The position numbers were made by a program, and so were the translations under genes. From Klebsiella pneumoniae (GTDB taxonomy: Bacteria; Myxococcota_A; UBA9042): DNA of 64,000 bases. Each line of letters begins with the position of its first letter. Position 1 is the first letter of the stretch. The stretch is taken from positions 27,096 through 91,095 of the forward strand of contig CAMDBH010000001.1 in the NCBI GenBank assembly GCA_945889325.1, given 5' to 3'. This document shows, in pieces, positions 9,862 to 19,208 of this stretch. The notes beneath the pieces are model-generated. The model did no database searches and had not been told where the DNA came from. It worked only from the letters and a program-made list of their open reading frames with translations.

Positions 9862-11226
9862 GTGTCCGAGGCTCGGCCCATTACAAATATCACCGACTTT
9901 GTCTGCGGTAACTGCTGGAATTCGTTTAGTCGCAACGACCCTGGTGTGGATCAGGGCGACAACGTGCTTTGCCCGCATTGCGGCAATCTTTTGCCTGTTG
10001 CTGGTGCGGGCGCCTCGCTGACGGAATTGGTTCGATCGGCCCCTTCTACACGCGGCGATTCTGACAACTACGACGCACCAGTCGCACCGACCGTCTCCCA
10101 GCCGGGCGGCTTTCCGGAGTTGGTGCGTGAAAGCGGCTACGGTTGGTTGCCGCCAGAAATGGCTGAACTCATGCCGATCAAGCCTGGATCATCCGGCTAC
10201 GTCGTTGGTGAGGCAGATGATTTTGGCTTTGCGGAAACCACGTTGCCGGGCCAGCAGGGCCCAATGGGGCTGTTGGACCAAGTGCGCGCAGCACCCTCAC
10301 GTCCGGTTTCTGTGGGCACCAACCGCGGTGGGTCCGACGATTTCGATGTCGCCGTGGACGAGCCGACGCCCGTGGATTTCGACCCGCACGTGCAACAGGC
10401 TTTGCAGCAAGCGATCCGCGAATCTCAATCCATCCAAGGATCAGCCCTAGCTGACCTGACTGCCGCGCTGCAAGAGGCTGCCGACGCGCCAGATCTGCCT
10501 GATTTACCAAATGATTCAGAGCCTTCTGCGCCTGTTGTGCCTGTATTGGCCGCAATGGAAGACTTGACGGTGGGCATCGCCGCCTCGCAAGCACAGAATG
10601 CCGAATTGGAGCACCGCGACTGGAAGCTCAAGGCGATGGGATTAACCTATAACTTTCATGGATTGGATGCGCTTATCGGCTGGGCGAGCAACAAGTCAGG
10701 CCAAACGCTGTCGGTGTCCATGGACGGCGTGGCGTGGAAGGATTTCGGCAGCTTCTTTGAATCGGTCAAGGGTGGCCTGCCGTTGCAAGTGGCGTTTGAC
10801 ACGGCGCACGAACCGGGCACCGCCCCAACTGCGCAGGCAACACCGATTCAAGGCGGTCGTAGCGGTGGGCGGGCCAGCACCGTCAGCGCCAAAGCATTGG
10901 TCGGCGCACCCGAATTGCAAATGACCCGTCCAACTGTCGGGCCAGAGGATACCCAGCCAGCCCTAGGATCCGGAAGCGCGAGCAACGCGGGCGGCGCCGT
11001 GGCAAACCCAAACGGGCGCGTTAGCGGCGGCTCGTCGGTTCAGATCGCGACGGCCGATAAGGGGCAAGGCGCGAGCAACGCGGGCGCCACTGGCAAGCGT
11101 TCCAAGGTCGAGACACCGGCGGGCTCTGCCAAGAAGACTTCGCCAGTGGTCATTGCGGTGGCCGTGATCGTCGGTCTGGCAGCCATTGTCGGCGTACTGC
11201 ACGCGATGGGCGTAAAGCCCTTCTAA
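9862..11226 (+). CDS. Zn-ribbon protein with low-complexity linker and C-terminal TM helix
   Basis: CGNC...CPHC near the N-terminus and a hydrophobic C-terminal helix. GGAGG precedes GTG 9862. Confidence 0.65.
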   Translation: MSEARPITNITDFVCGNCWNSFSRNDPGVDQGDNVLCPHCGNLLPVAGAGASLTELVRSAPSTRGDSDNYDAPVAPTVSQPGGFPELVRESGYGWLPPEMAELMPIKPGSSGYVVGEADDFGFAETTLPGQQGPMGLLDQVRAAPSRPVSVGTNRGGSDDFDVAVDEPTPVDFDPHVQQALQQAIRESQSIQGSALADLTAALQEAADAPDLPDLPNDSEPSAPVVPVLAAMEDLTVGIAASQAQNAELEHRDWKLKAMGLTYNFHGLDALIGWASNKSGQTLSVSMDGVAWKDFGSFFESVKGGLPLQVAFDTAHEPGTAPTAQATPIQGGRSGGRASTVSAKALVGAPELQMTRPTVGPEDTQPALGSGSASNAGGAVANPNGRVSGGSSVQIATADKGQGASNAGATGKRSKVETPAGSAKKTSPVVIAVAVIVGLAAIVGVLHAMGVKPF

Positions 11227-11279
11227 TTTTATAGCATTGCCGGCTGGCCCGCGCATTGCCGGCGTCTGCGCGCAGATGC

Positions 11280-11975
11280 CTACGGCGGCGCGCAGATGCC
11301 ACCGAAATCAGGCGCGTCTTTGCCGTCAAACTTCAGAATAAAACACGTTAAGCCGGGCGCGCATTTCGTTGGCGATGGGTCGTTGGTCGCGCAGGTCGCG
11401 TAGCATTTCTTGTCTTGGGTGTCGCAAATAAGCGGCTCTCCGGCAGCGCCAGCGCCGCATGGCGGCACGACGGAATCCGGATCGCACAACGCCTTGGCCG
11501 CCAGGGAGCCGTGCCACTGGCAGCGCGGGACCTTGGTCAATGGATTGTAATAACAGCCGGATCCGGCGGGACAAGGCTTCCAAGTTGCCAAATTGCAAGG
11601 TCCAGTTGGCAGTGCGGGCACATCAGGTGTGTCTGCGGGTGCGACATCTGGCGGCGATGCGTCAACTCCGCTGTCTTGCAACGAATCGGCGCTGTCGGGG
11701 TTTGCCGTCTCGGCAACAAGGGCATCTTGAACAACGCCGTCGCCGGATACAGCATCCTGACCCGCGTCGGCCCCGTTGCTGCCATCACACACTGAATTAT
11801 TTATAGATTCTGGCTTTTGGCAAAATCCGCACAGGCAACTGTAACCGACCAGGCAGTCGCTGCCCTGACTACAACCGTACAGTGCACCGGCATCGGTTGC
11901 CGTTTGACCGCCGCATCCCGCGAGCGCCAACGCGTAAACGCAGACGAACGTTAAATTTATCAGCTTGTGCCGCAT
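11280..11975 (-). CDS. Cys-rich lipoprotein
   Basis: Lipobox LAGC, a small Cys knot, an acidic D/A-rich linker and a Cys-rich C-terminal module. Confidence 0.7.
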   Translation of the reverse strand: MRHKLINLTFVCVYALALAGCGGQTATDAGALYGCSQGSDCLVGYSCLCGFCQKPESINNSVCDGSNGADAGQDAVSGDGVVQDALVAETANPDSADSLQDSGVDASPPDVAPADTPDVPALPTGPCNLATWKPCPAGSGCYYNPLTKVPRCQWHGSLAAKALCDPDSVVPPCGAGAAGEPLICDTQDKKCYATCATNDPSPTKCAPGLTCFILKFDGKDAPDFGGICAPP

Positions 11976-12997
11976 CAAAATGCCCCGCCCACGGAGATTA
12001 CCGCGCCATCGCCGGCCCAAGCGATCGAAGGCGACCAGGTAGGCGTTTGCCGGGCAGATCGCTTTGAACTTGGCGTATTTGCTTTGCTATCCAACCACCA
12101 GAGTGCGACTCCGCCGCCGACTGCAAGCGCCCCCGTGACGCCGAGCAGTGTCGACCATGACTGGCGGCTGCTGTGGGCGCTGTAAGCCGCGTCTGCTTGT
12201 TGTTGCGTAACGGTTGGATACAAGGTGGTTCCGTCGGCGGCTGTTGTCGCACCGGCGTCGCGGGATGTAGAAAAATCGCTGTAATTTCCGCCAAATCCGA
12301 CGACCATCGCCGCGATTATCAGGCCACCACCCGCGCCCAGACAGGCAATCGCCGCTACCTTTTGCGTCGACATCTGCCCGCCCACAGCGGTCGAACTCGC
12401 TTTGATCGGATCGGGCGGCTCCAACGGCGGATTGCCCAATTTGGGTCCTGGTTGGTCGATTTTGTCAGGCGTGTTGGCGGGTTGGACAGGCTTGACCGGT
12501 TCTGCGGGTTTGATCGGGTCGGCTGGTTTGGGTGGGGTTTTGCTGTCGGGCAGCTTGCTGTCCATCGCCTTCAATGTGCCTTGGATCCGATCGATGTGCG
12601 CCCGAGCGTCGGCGCGCCCTGCCCTAGATTCCGCATCGTCGCCGCGGACGACCGATAAATACAGTTCAAACAACGGCAAAGCTTGTTCCAACTTGCCGGC
12701 AGCTTCAAACGATCTGGCGGCGTTGAACAGCGAATTGGGCCGTTTGGCCAAACCGTACGCTTCAAAAAAATAGTTGGCGGCAGCGAGATAAGCGCCATTC
12801 TGATAGCGGCGCCGCGCCTCATTGTCTAAATCTTCCGCGTGCTTGAGCGGATCTGCAACTGGCGCGGCCGCGGGCGGCACCGCCAAGGCGATCTGGCTGG
12901 CGAGCAGCAACGGCAAAACCAACCAGCGGAACCGAGCGGCAAACAAGAAATCACCGGATGCGGGACAAATTTGACGCATTTTTGTCTCAAATGGCAT
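11975..12997 (-). CDS. Secreted TPR-domain protein with C-terminal hydrophobic segments (start uncertain)
   Basis: Signal-like segment, a TPR-like region (AANYFFEAY...LFNAARSFE...ALPLFELYL), a Pro-rich linker and a C-terminal ..GGAF. Confidence 0.65.
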   Translation of the reverse strand: MPFETKMRQICPASGDFLFAARFRWLVLPLLLASQIALAVPPAAAPVADPLKHAEDLDNEARRRYQNGAYLAAANYFFEAYGLAKRPNSLFNAARSFEAAGKLEQALPLFELYLSVVRGDDAESRAGRADARAHIDRIQGTLKAMDSKLPDSKTPPKPADPIKPAEPVKPVQPANTPDKIDQPGPKLGNPPLEPPDPIKASSTAVGGQMSTQKVAAIACLGAGGGLIIAAMVVGFGGNYSDFSTSRDAGATTAADGTTLYPTVTQQQADAAYSAHSSRQSWSTLLGVTGALAVGGGVALWWLDSKANTPSSKRSARQTPTWSPSIAWAGDGAVISVGGAF

Positions 12998-13062
12998 GGA
13001 CGTAAGCATGGCAACGGGCAGGCTGGCTGTCAAACGCCAGACGCACAGGCCCCTAGCAAGAT

Positions 13063-14307
13063 TCAAGCGAGTTGGGCCACTAGACCATCGAGCCAATGCA
13101 TCTGGGTCGGATCGACACGCAGGTAATGATTCTCAATAATAAAACTGGATCCGCGGGTTTTTAGGCGGGCCACGCGCTCGAGCAACTGAGCGACCCATTG
13201 GGCGCCGATGTCGCGGCGCAACGCAGCAAGATCTAGGCCGGCATCAAGGCGGAGCCCAGTCAACAGGCGTTCCGTCAAATGGCTCGATCTATCGATATCT
13301 TCCTGAAATTCCTCGGCCAACTTATGAGTTTGCAGGGCGGTCAGCCAGGCGTGATGCGCCCGCGTGTTGGCGTAACGCCTGCCCACGTGCCCCGCCTGCG
13401 GCAAAAAACCGTGGGCGCCCACGCCGACGGCCAGATAATGATCGCCCTGCCAATACGCCAAGTTATGGCGGCACTGCAGGTCGGGACGGGCAAAATTGGA
13501 CACCTCGTAGCGAGTCAGCCCGTAAGCCGCGACCCATTGCGGCACGACTTGCAGCATTTCGGCCTGCAAATCATCGTCGGGCGGCCGCTGCAGACCGCGT
13601 TTAATCCGCGTAAATAATGGCGTTTCTGGCTCAACCGTCAGGCTGTAGGCGCTCAAATGCGGCAGGCCGTAATCGAGCACCGCGCGCAAGTCCTGTCGCA
13701 GGTCGTCGCGGGTTTGCCCTGGACCGCCAAAAATCAGATCGGCGCTGGCGCTTTTAAGTCGACCATTTTGCAGCAGTTGTTGCAGCTGCGCCAAAGTCGA
13801 GTGCGCGCCTTGCGCGTCGTGCAGGCGATCAAGCGCGCGCAAACGATCATCGTCAAGGGCCTGAACGCCGATCGAAACGCGGTTGATCCCAGCCGCCGCA
13901 TAGCCGGCCAAATCGCCAATTTCCAGCGCGCCGGGGTTGGCCTCCATTGTAATTTCAGTGTCTTCTGAAATACCTCCCCATTTGTCCAGCCACGCCAGTA
14001 CGGCGGCGATGCAAGCGGCACCCCAAAGCGACGGCGTGCCGCCGCCAAAGAAAATGGTGCGCATCGGCGCTGCCTCTAATGCGGCGGTCCGCAGCGTCAA
14101 CTCGTTCAAAATGGCCGCGAGATAGGCCTGACGCGGGATGTCGCGCGCCACGGTTGTGGCGAAATCGCAGTACGAACAGCGGTGTAAACAATAAGGAAAA
14201 TGTACGTATACGCTCCAGCCCGCTGGGCGCGGCCCAGCCGATTCCGGCAGCGCGATCAACGCGGGAGGCCCAACCATGGACAGGACATCGGGGGTCAACG
14301 AGGTCAT
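13063..14307 (-). CDS. hemW: Radical SAM heme chaperone HemW
   Basis: YVHFPYCLHRCSYCDF (CxxxCxxC), FFGGGTPS, EANP, YEVSN and HNLAYW. Start taken at ATG 14307. Confidence 0.9.
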   Translation of the reverse strand: MTSLTPDVLSMVGPPALIALPESAGPRPAGWSVYVHFPYCLHRCSYCDFATTVARDIPRQAYLAAILNELTLRTAALEAAPMRTIFFGGGTPSLWGAACIAAVLAWLDKWGGISEDTEITMEANPGALEIGDLAGYAAAGINRVSIGVQALDDDRLRALDRLHDAQGAHSTLAQLQQLLQNGRLKSASADLIFGGPGQTRDDLRQDLRAVLDYGLPHLSAYSLTVEPETPLFTRIKRGLQRPPDDDLQAEMLQVVPQWVAAYGLTRYEVSNFARPDLQCRHNLAYWQGDHYLAVGVGAHGFLPQAGHVGRRYANTRAHHAWLTALQTHKLAEEFQEDIDRSSHLTERLLTGLRLDAGLDLAALRRDIGAQWVAQLLERVARLKTRGSSFIIENHYLRVDPTQMHWLDGLVAQLA

Positions 14308-14320
14308 CGTTTTTGCCAAC

Positions 14321-15685
14321 TCAACGTCGGATCTTGCCGACTTCGGCGGGCAATTGCCGGCGCGCAAAAAGTTGAGAAAAATCCTTGCCGACCAAGACGC
14401 GCACCGTGACTTGCCCGCGAGAACCGACGTCGATGGCGCTGATCGAATCCACTTGACAGGCGTCGCTACCCAAAAGATGTGGACAGCCCTGTACTTGCGC
14501 AGAACCGATGCCGACGACAAACACGCCGCCGAAATGACCGTCGTAAAATACGCCTGATGTCGCTGAAACAACAAAATTTGTTTGTTGGCGCAAGGCGTGT
14601 TCGTACAGGCGATAGGCGCGGTCGGCGATCAATTCACCGTCGCGCATCAAGGTCAGCGGCCGTGCGCTGAGCAACAAGCTTGAATGATAGGCACCTGCGA
14701 CCACCAGGGCGTCGCGAACGCGTTTGAGTTCCGGCTCAGCGATGGTTTCAGCGCGGGTGTCGGCGGCAACAATGGCGAGTTCGCCGAGCGCCAGAACACC
14801 CAAGTCGCGATCGCCCTTGGCAACGTGCGCGAGCTTGCTCGCAGGATCGCGCAGGATTGTCAGCGACGGCGATGCCTGCCCTTGGGCCGCGACGTTGAGG
14901 GACCAGTGCAAAATAGCCAATGTCGGCGCGTGTTTTTGTGCGGCGTCGCTGACGGCTTGGGCGCTGTCGGCTTCGGACGCGACGATCAGCAGATCGGCCT
15001 CAGCGCGATCAGCAGCGCGGACCACCAGCGCGGCGCGCATTGCGTCGATACTGCCACCAGCGATGATCAGGCGGCTTCCCGACGAATTGGGCAAAACTTC
15101 CGCGGACGCGGTCCCGTCGCCATCCAACGGCACGACTTCCAAGCGCTCAACGGGCAAGCGCCGCGTGACCACAACCGGGGTGCCACTGCGAAAAGCCTCC
15201 ATAGTTACATGGCGATCGCGCACACTTTCGGCAAAAACGTGCTCGACTTCGACGCCCTGCACGGGGTCGCTGCCATCTTCAAAGTGCCAGACATACTTAT
15301 CAAATTCTTGACCATCGTCACTTTCCACCCGCAGACGCACGCGGGTGTTGGCCCACACGCGCAATTCTGCTGGGTCTGCCTCAATGTGCAGCGGTCCATG
15401 GGCATTTTCCGTTGTGTCTTCCGCGGCGTGGTCCGTATCGGCGCCGGCATCGGCCGCAGTAGCGGCGTCGGGCACTGGCAAAGTGTCGGGCAGCGCAACG
15501 CCATCGGCAGCAGCGGCTACGTCGGGCAACTGCTCAACGTCAGGCTTGCCAACCCGTGAATGAACATTGGGATTGCTGGATTGGCCCGTCCAAACCATGG
15601 CCAACAACGCCATGGCGCCGCCCAGCAGCGCGGCAATCAGCCACTGCACAAATTTGGAAGTTTGGGCGGGCGGAGGGGAAGTCAA
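14321..15685 (-). CDS. Membrane-anchored protein with PKD-like domain and degenerate metallophosphoesterase-like C-terminus
   Basis: N-terminal TM helix and YVWHFEDGSDPVQGVEVEHVF (PKD-like). Probable TTG start at 15685 after CAGGT. Confidence 0.55.
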   Translation of the reverse strand: MTSPPPAQTSKFVQWLIAALLGGAMALLAMVWTGQSSNPNVHSRVGKPDVEQLPDVAAAADGVALPDTLPVPDAATAADAGADTDHAAEDTTENAHGPLHIEADPAELRVWANTRVRLRVESDDGQEFDKYVWHFEDGSDPVQGVEVEHVFAESVRDRHVTMEAFRSGTPVVVTRRLPVERLEVVPLDGDGTASAEVLPNSSGSRLIIAGGSIDAMRAALVVRAADRAEADLLIVASEADSAQAVSDAAQKHAPTLAILHWSLNVAAQGQASPSLTILRDPASKLAHVAKGDRDLGVLALGELAIVAADTRAETIAEPELKRVRDALVVAGAYHSSLLLSARPLTLMRDGELIADRAYRLYEHALRQQTNFVVSATSGVFYDGHFGGVFVVGIGSAQVQGCPHLLGSDACQVDSISAIDVGSRGQVTVRVLVGKDFSQLFARRQLPAEVGKIRR

Positions 15686-15837
15686 ATGAATTACCTGAGC
15701 AAGTGCGCGGCATGAATCGTTTTGCGCCAGCTTGCGTTGACCCTGACTACGCGTGGCGGCTAGTATGCGCGACGGTTGAGGCTGACAGCAAGCGCCAACA
15801 ACTGACCGAGCAATTGCACAGATTTTGAGGTACGCCC

Positions 15838-17322
15838 ATGACAGAGCATAAACAAGGGTGCGGATCCGTTTTAAGGGTCTGGATATTGCTGGGAAACCCG
15901 GGGTTAAAACCCCGGGCTCGCACTCAAGAAACCCGCCTTCGCGGGTTGGGTTCAGCCCGCGGAGGCGGGCTTCTCGACACGGAGCCCAGGGTTTCAACCC
16001 TGGGTCCTCAGGTTCGGTCCCCAGACCCCCATTTTGGAACCGCACCCCACAAACAACACACTGCCTTATTCTGGCGACGCAGCGGATTATTGTGCGCTGC
16101 TTGGGCAGCAGCCGCGCTCGGGTTTGCGGCAGTTACGCCATCCGCTTGGGCCGGGGATTGGGACAATCAGTCCAAGGACTGCCTGAAGGCATTTGGCGAA
16201 CCGGAAAAAACCGAAGAGAAAAAGCTGATGGGCTGTGCCGATGTCTTTGGCATGGATGCGCATTTGGACAAATTGAGCGGCGGAGAAAAGTCGACGATTG
16301 AGAAGGGTTGTCGCTGGCTGTACGACAACGGCAGCGACGTGGGCGCAAAAATCGCCCGCGAGGCGTTGGCGCGTCTGGAGATCAAACTGCCCGCCCGCGC
16401 AGCCAAAGGTTCGGCCAAAAGCGACGGCAAGGCGGCGACCGAAGTCGAACGCATCAAATACGATCCGCCTGAAGCCAAGGATGCCGATCGGAAACTCGCT
16501 GACAAGACTGCCAAAGATGGTGTTGTGCTGCTCAAGAAGAAGAAGTGGAAAGAAGGCGTGGCGCTGTTGGACAAGGCGTTGGCCAAAGATGGCCGCAGTG
16601 AATACACGCTGTTCAACATGGCCTGCGGTGAAGCGAATATGGATGGCAAAGCCAAAGCGGCGACCGGACACTTGCAGATGTTGGCCGATCTGGGGACGGA
16701 CAACGCCGTTGAAAAATTGATGAAAGCCCGCACCGATGCCGATTTGGAGCCGCTGCACGACGACGCGGATTTCAAGCGCATCACTGGGTATTTGCGCATC
16801 CAAGTGGTCAACACCATCGGCGATCCCGGCGACAAAGCCGTTGATAATATTAAAAAATTGTTGGAGAAGTTGCAGCACAAAAAGCCGGATTTGGCCGAGA
16901 TCGACAAACCTCAGGAATTTCCGACCGTGCTGTTCAAACCGCACGCTAAGGCGCAAACCGCGCTGATCGCTGACCTTTTGAATCATCCAAAGACCCGCAT
17001 CGATCCTTTGGAAGGCGAGTCCAAGTACGATTTGATCATCCGGTGGGGCGCCAAAACGGAAATGATCGATGGCAAGGCGGTTTTGGACAGTGTCGGGCCC
17101 GACACGGCGGATGAATCGATCGAGGCGGCGCGCAAGAAACAGAACAAGATTCTAGCCCAACCCGACGCCGCGATCGCCAAAGTGAACAAGGTTGTGGGCA
17201 CGCCCGAGCGCGCCTACGGCCAAGCGGAAGCCATGGGCAAACGCGTCACCGGCACCGTCGACAAAGCCAAGGGTACGGTCGACAAGGTCAAGGGCCTCGG
17301 CGACAAGCTTAACAAGCTGTAA
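15838..17322 (+). CDS. Secreted TPR-like/LytR_C-like protein whose signal peptide carries an in-frame MITE
   Basis: GAGGT before ATG 15838, a signal peptide ending SAWA, TPR-like TLFNMACGEA, and LRIQVVNT...YDLIIRWG resembling the LytR C-terminal domain. Confidence 0.7.
   Translation: MTEHKQGCGSVLRVWILLGNPGLKPRARTQETRLRGLGSARGGGLLDTEPRVSTLGPQVRSPDPHFGTAPHKQHTALFWRRSGLLCAAWAAAALGFAAVTPSAWAGDWDNQSKDCLKAFGEPEKTEEKKLMGCADVFGMDAHLDKLSGGEKSTIEKGCRWLYDNGSDVGAKIAREALARLEIKLPARAAKGSAKSDGKAATEVERIKYDPPEAKDADRKLADKTAKDGVVLLKKKKWKEGVALLDKALAKDGRSEYTLFNMACGEANMDGKAKAATGHLQMLADLGTDNAVEKLMKARTDADLEPLHDDADFKRITGYLRIQVVNTIGDPGDKAVDNIKKLLEKLQHKKPDLAEIDKPQEFPTVLFKPHAKAQTALIADLLNHPKTRIDPLEGESKYDLIIRWGAKTEMIDGKAVLDSVGPDTADESIEAARKKQNKILAQPDAAIAKVNKVVGTPERAYGQAEAMGKRVTGTVDKAKGTVDKVKGLGDKLNKL
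15856..16047. mobile_element. 192-bp MITE with 27-bp imperfect terminal inverted repeats and 9-bp target-site duplication
   Basis: Left end gggtgcggatccgttttaagggtctgg versus reverse-complemented right end gggtgcggttccaaaatgggggtctgg (20/27). Flanks are cataaacaa (15847-15855) and cacaaacaa (16048-16056). Confidence 0.85.
15896..16005. repeat. REP-doublet (REPIN-like) hairpin inside the MITE
   Basis: acccggggttaaaaccccgggct (15896-15918) and agcccagggtttcaaccctgggt (15983-16005) are inverted copies of each other, each self-palindromic. They flank a central stem agaaacccgccttcgcgggttg / cagcccgcggaggcgggcttct. Confidence 0.8.
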
Positions 17323-17331
17323 TTCTTTGAG

Positions 17332-17598
17332 GTGACCGTGCTGCAAGAGTTGGGCGAACTCACTTCCATCGAGTGGGCGGTAGTGGCAGTCTCGACGGCC
17401 ATCTGTCTGCTGGGTTCCTTGCTGCCGAAGATCGGAAATTTGCTGGGGAAACTATTTCTGGGCGAAGATCCGCTGCTCGCGCGCTGGCAGGCGCAACGCG
17501 CCGTGCGCAAGGCGTCGGCGCTGTTGGAGCGCAAAGCGCGCAAGGAAGCAGCAAAAGAGCGCAAGACCCTGGCGCGACAGCAGAAGATCTCAAAGTAG
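17332..17598 (+). CDS. Small membrane protein, possibly TatA/B-like
   Basis: Single hydrophobic helix, then LPKIGNLLGK (amphipathic, TatA-like) and a basic tail. Confidence 0.5.
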   Translation: MTVLQELGELTSIEWAVVAVSTAICLLGSLLPKIGNLLGKLFLGEDPLLARWQAQRAVRKASALLERKARKEAAKERKTLARQQKISK

Positions 17599-17632
17599 CT
17601 GCGCCTCAACTGGCAATCTCGAGGATTCACCT

Positions 17633-18322
17633 ATGGCCGCGCCGCTAACGCTTGCCTCCAGTTCACCGCGACGCAAAGAACTGCTGGAAAAGCTGGGCTT
17701 TACCGTGCGTGTGGTGCTGGCCGCCATCGATGAGACCGCGGCACCCGGTGAGTTGCCGGAGGACTATGCCAAGCGCGTGGCGCGCGCCAAAGTTTTGGCG
17801 GCCGTGCGGCGGCTGCAGGCAACGCTGTACATGACAGATCAGGAGGCGCGACGCGTACTTACCCAAGGCCAAGCGCTGACGCCGACGACCACGCGCGGCG
17901 ACGACGCGTTGCGTTGGGTGATCGGCGCCGACACGGTTGTTGTCGTCGACGATGTCATCTACGGCAAGCCCGCTGATATTCAGGAAGCACGCGAGACCTT
18001 GCAAAGACTTTCAGGACGCGAACATTTGGTGATTACTGGGTTTTGCCTGTTCGATCTCAAACGCAACCGCGAAGGCCTACAGGCCGTGACAACCGTAGTA
18101 AAATTCAAGGAATTGACGCGCACCGAAATCGACGCCTACGTGTCGGCCGGCGAAAGTATGGACAAAGCAGGCGCTTACGCTGTTCAGGGCGTCGGCAGCT
18201 ATTTGGTGGAGTATCTGCGCGGCTCTTACACCAATGTGGTCGGATTGCCTTTGTGTCAGGTTATTGAAATGATGGAAGAAATGGGCGCGCGCGACATTTT
18301 GCCCTGGGCAGCGCGCGAGTAG
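17633..18322 (+). CDS. maf: Maf/YhdE nucleoside triphosphate pyrophosphatase
   Basis: LASSSPRRKELL, IGADTVV, GKP, DKAGAYAVQG and NVVGLP. Confidence 0.92.
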   Translation: MAAPLTLASSSPRRKELLEKLGFTVRVVLAAIDETAAPGELPEDYAKRVARAKVLAAVRRLQATLYMTDQEARRVLTQGQALTPTTTRGDDALRWVIGADTVVVVDDVIYGKPADIQEARETLQRLSGREHLVITGFCLFDLKRNREGLQAVTTVVKFKELTRTEIDAYVSAGESMDKAGAYAVQGVGSYLVEYLRGSYTNVVGLPLCQVIEMMEEMGARDILPWAARE

Positions 18323-18345
18323 CCGTTGAGGATCAATCCATCGCG

Positions 18346-19059
18346 ATGACGCCACAAAATGTCGATATTGCCCGCAATCTGGCCGATGTGCGGGCGCAAA
18401 TGGCCGACGCGGCCCGCGCATCAGCGCGCGATCCCCATGAAATTACGCTGATTGCCGTCAGCAAGGGCCAGCCGGTGGCCGCGATTCGCGAGGCCTTTGC
18501 TGCGGGGCAACGCGATTTTGGCGAGAATTATGTGCAGGAATGGCAGCAAAAGGCCGCGGAACTGCAGGATTTGGCCGAACTGCGCTGGCATTTCATCGGC
18601 CACCTGCAGCGCAACAAAGTCAAAAATGTGATTGGAAAAGTACACTTGCTGCACACCGCCGATGACATGCAGGGCATGGATGAAATGGCGCGCTTTGCCC
18701 ACAGCCAACGGGTCTCGCAGCATGTTTTGCTCCAAGTGAGCCTAGCGGGCGAAGCCCAAAAGCGCGGATGCACAGCTGATGATGTTGAAATATTTGCAGA
18801 AGTGCTCCTTCGCTCACCCGGTTTGCGTTTGCAGGGTTTGATGACCGTGCCCCCCGCCGCAAACGACGCCCAAGCCAATCGCAGCTATTTCGCGCAATTG
18901 CGTCACCTGCGCGATCAACTGCAGGCCGCCGTCGGCGCCCACCCGCTGGCGCCCCAGCGCTGGCTGCTCTCCATGGGCATGAGCGCTGACTTCGGCGTGG
19001 CCATTGAGCAAGGTGCGACGCATGTTCGTGTCGGAACAGCGATTTTTGGTAAGCGTTGA
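18346..19059 (+). CDS. yggS: PLP homeostasis protein YggS
   Basis: LIAVSK, FGENYVQE, WHFIGHLQRNK, LSMGMSAD and GATHVRVGTAIFG. Confidence 0.95.
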   Translation: MTPQNVDIARNLADVRAQMADAARASARDPHEITLIAVSKGQPVAAIREAFAAGQRDFGENYVQEWQQKAAELQDLAELRWHFIGHLQRNKVKNVIGKVHLLHTADDMQGMDEMARFAHSQRVSQHVLLQVSLAGEAQKRGCTADDVEIFAEVLLRSPGLRLQGLMTVPPAANDAQANRSYFAQLRHLRDQLQAAVGAHPLAPQRWLLSMGMSADFGVAIEQGATHVRVGTAIFGKR

Positions 19060-19208
19060 GCGCCGTCGTCGCCGATGTCGCACAAAAGTAACGGCGTTTT
19101 GGCTTGACCTCAGCCGCCGCTGCGCGTACCACTGCCCGCGCAGTAACGGACTTCGGTTTGACGTTGCCGCAAAAATCGCAGATGCGTCGCGAACATAGGC
19201 TTGATATT

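Noticed and set aside
11261-11300. 13-bp direct repeat gcgcgcagatgcc and hairpin at convergent gene ends
   Set aside because: Short. Most simply a local duplication or terminator-like hairpin, with no other copies seen.
15686-16045. N-terminal 120 aa of the 574-aa minus-strand ORF
   Set aside because: It runs through the divergent promoter region and the MITE. The real start is more likely TTG 15685.
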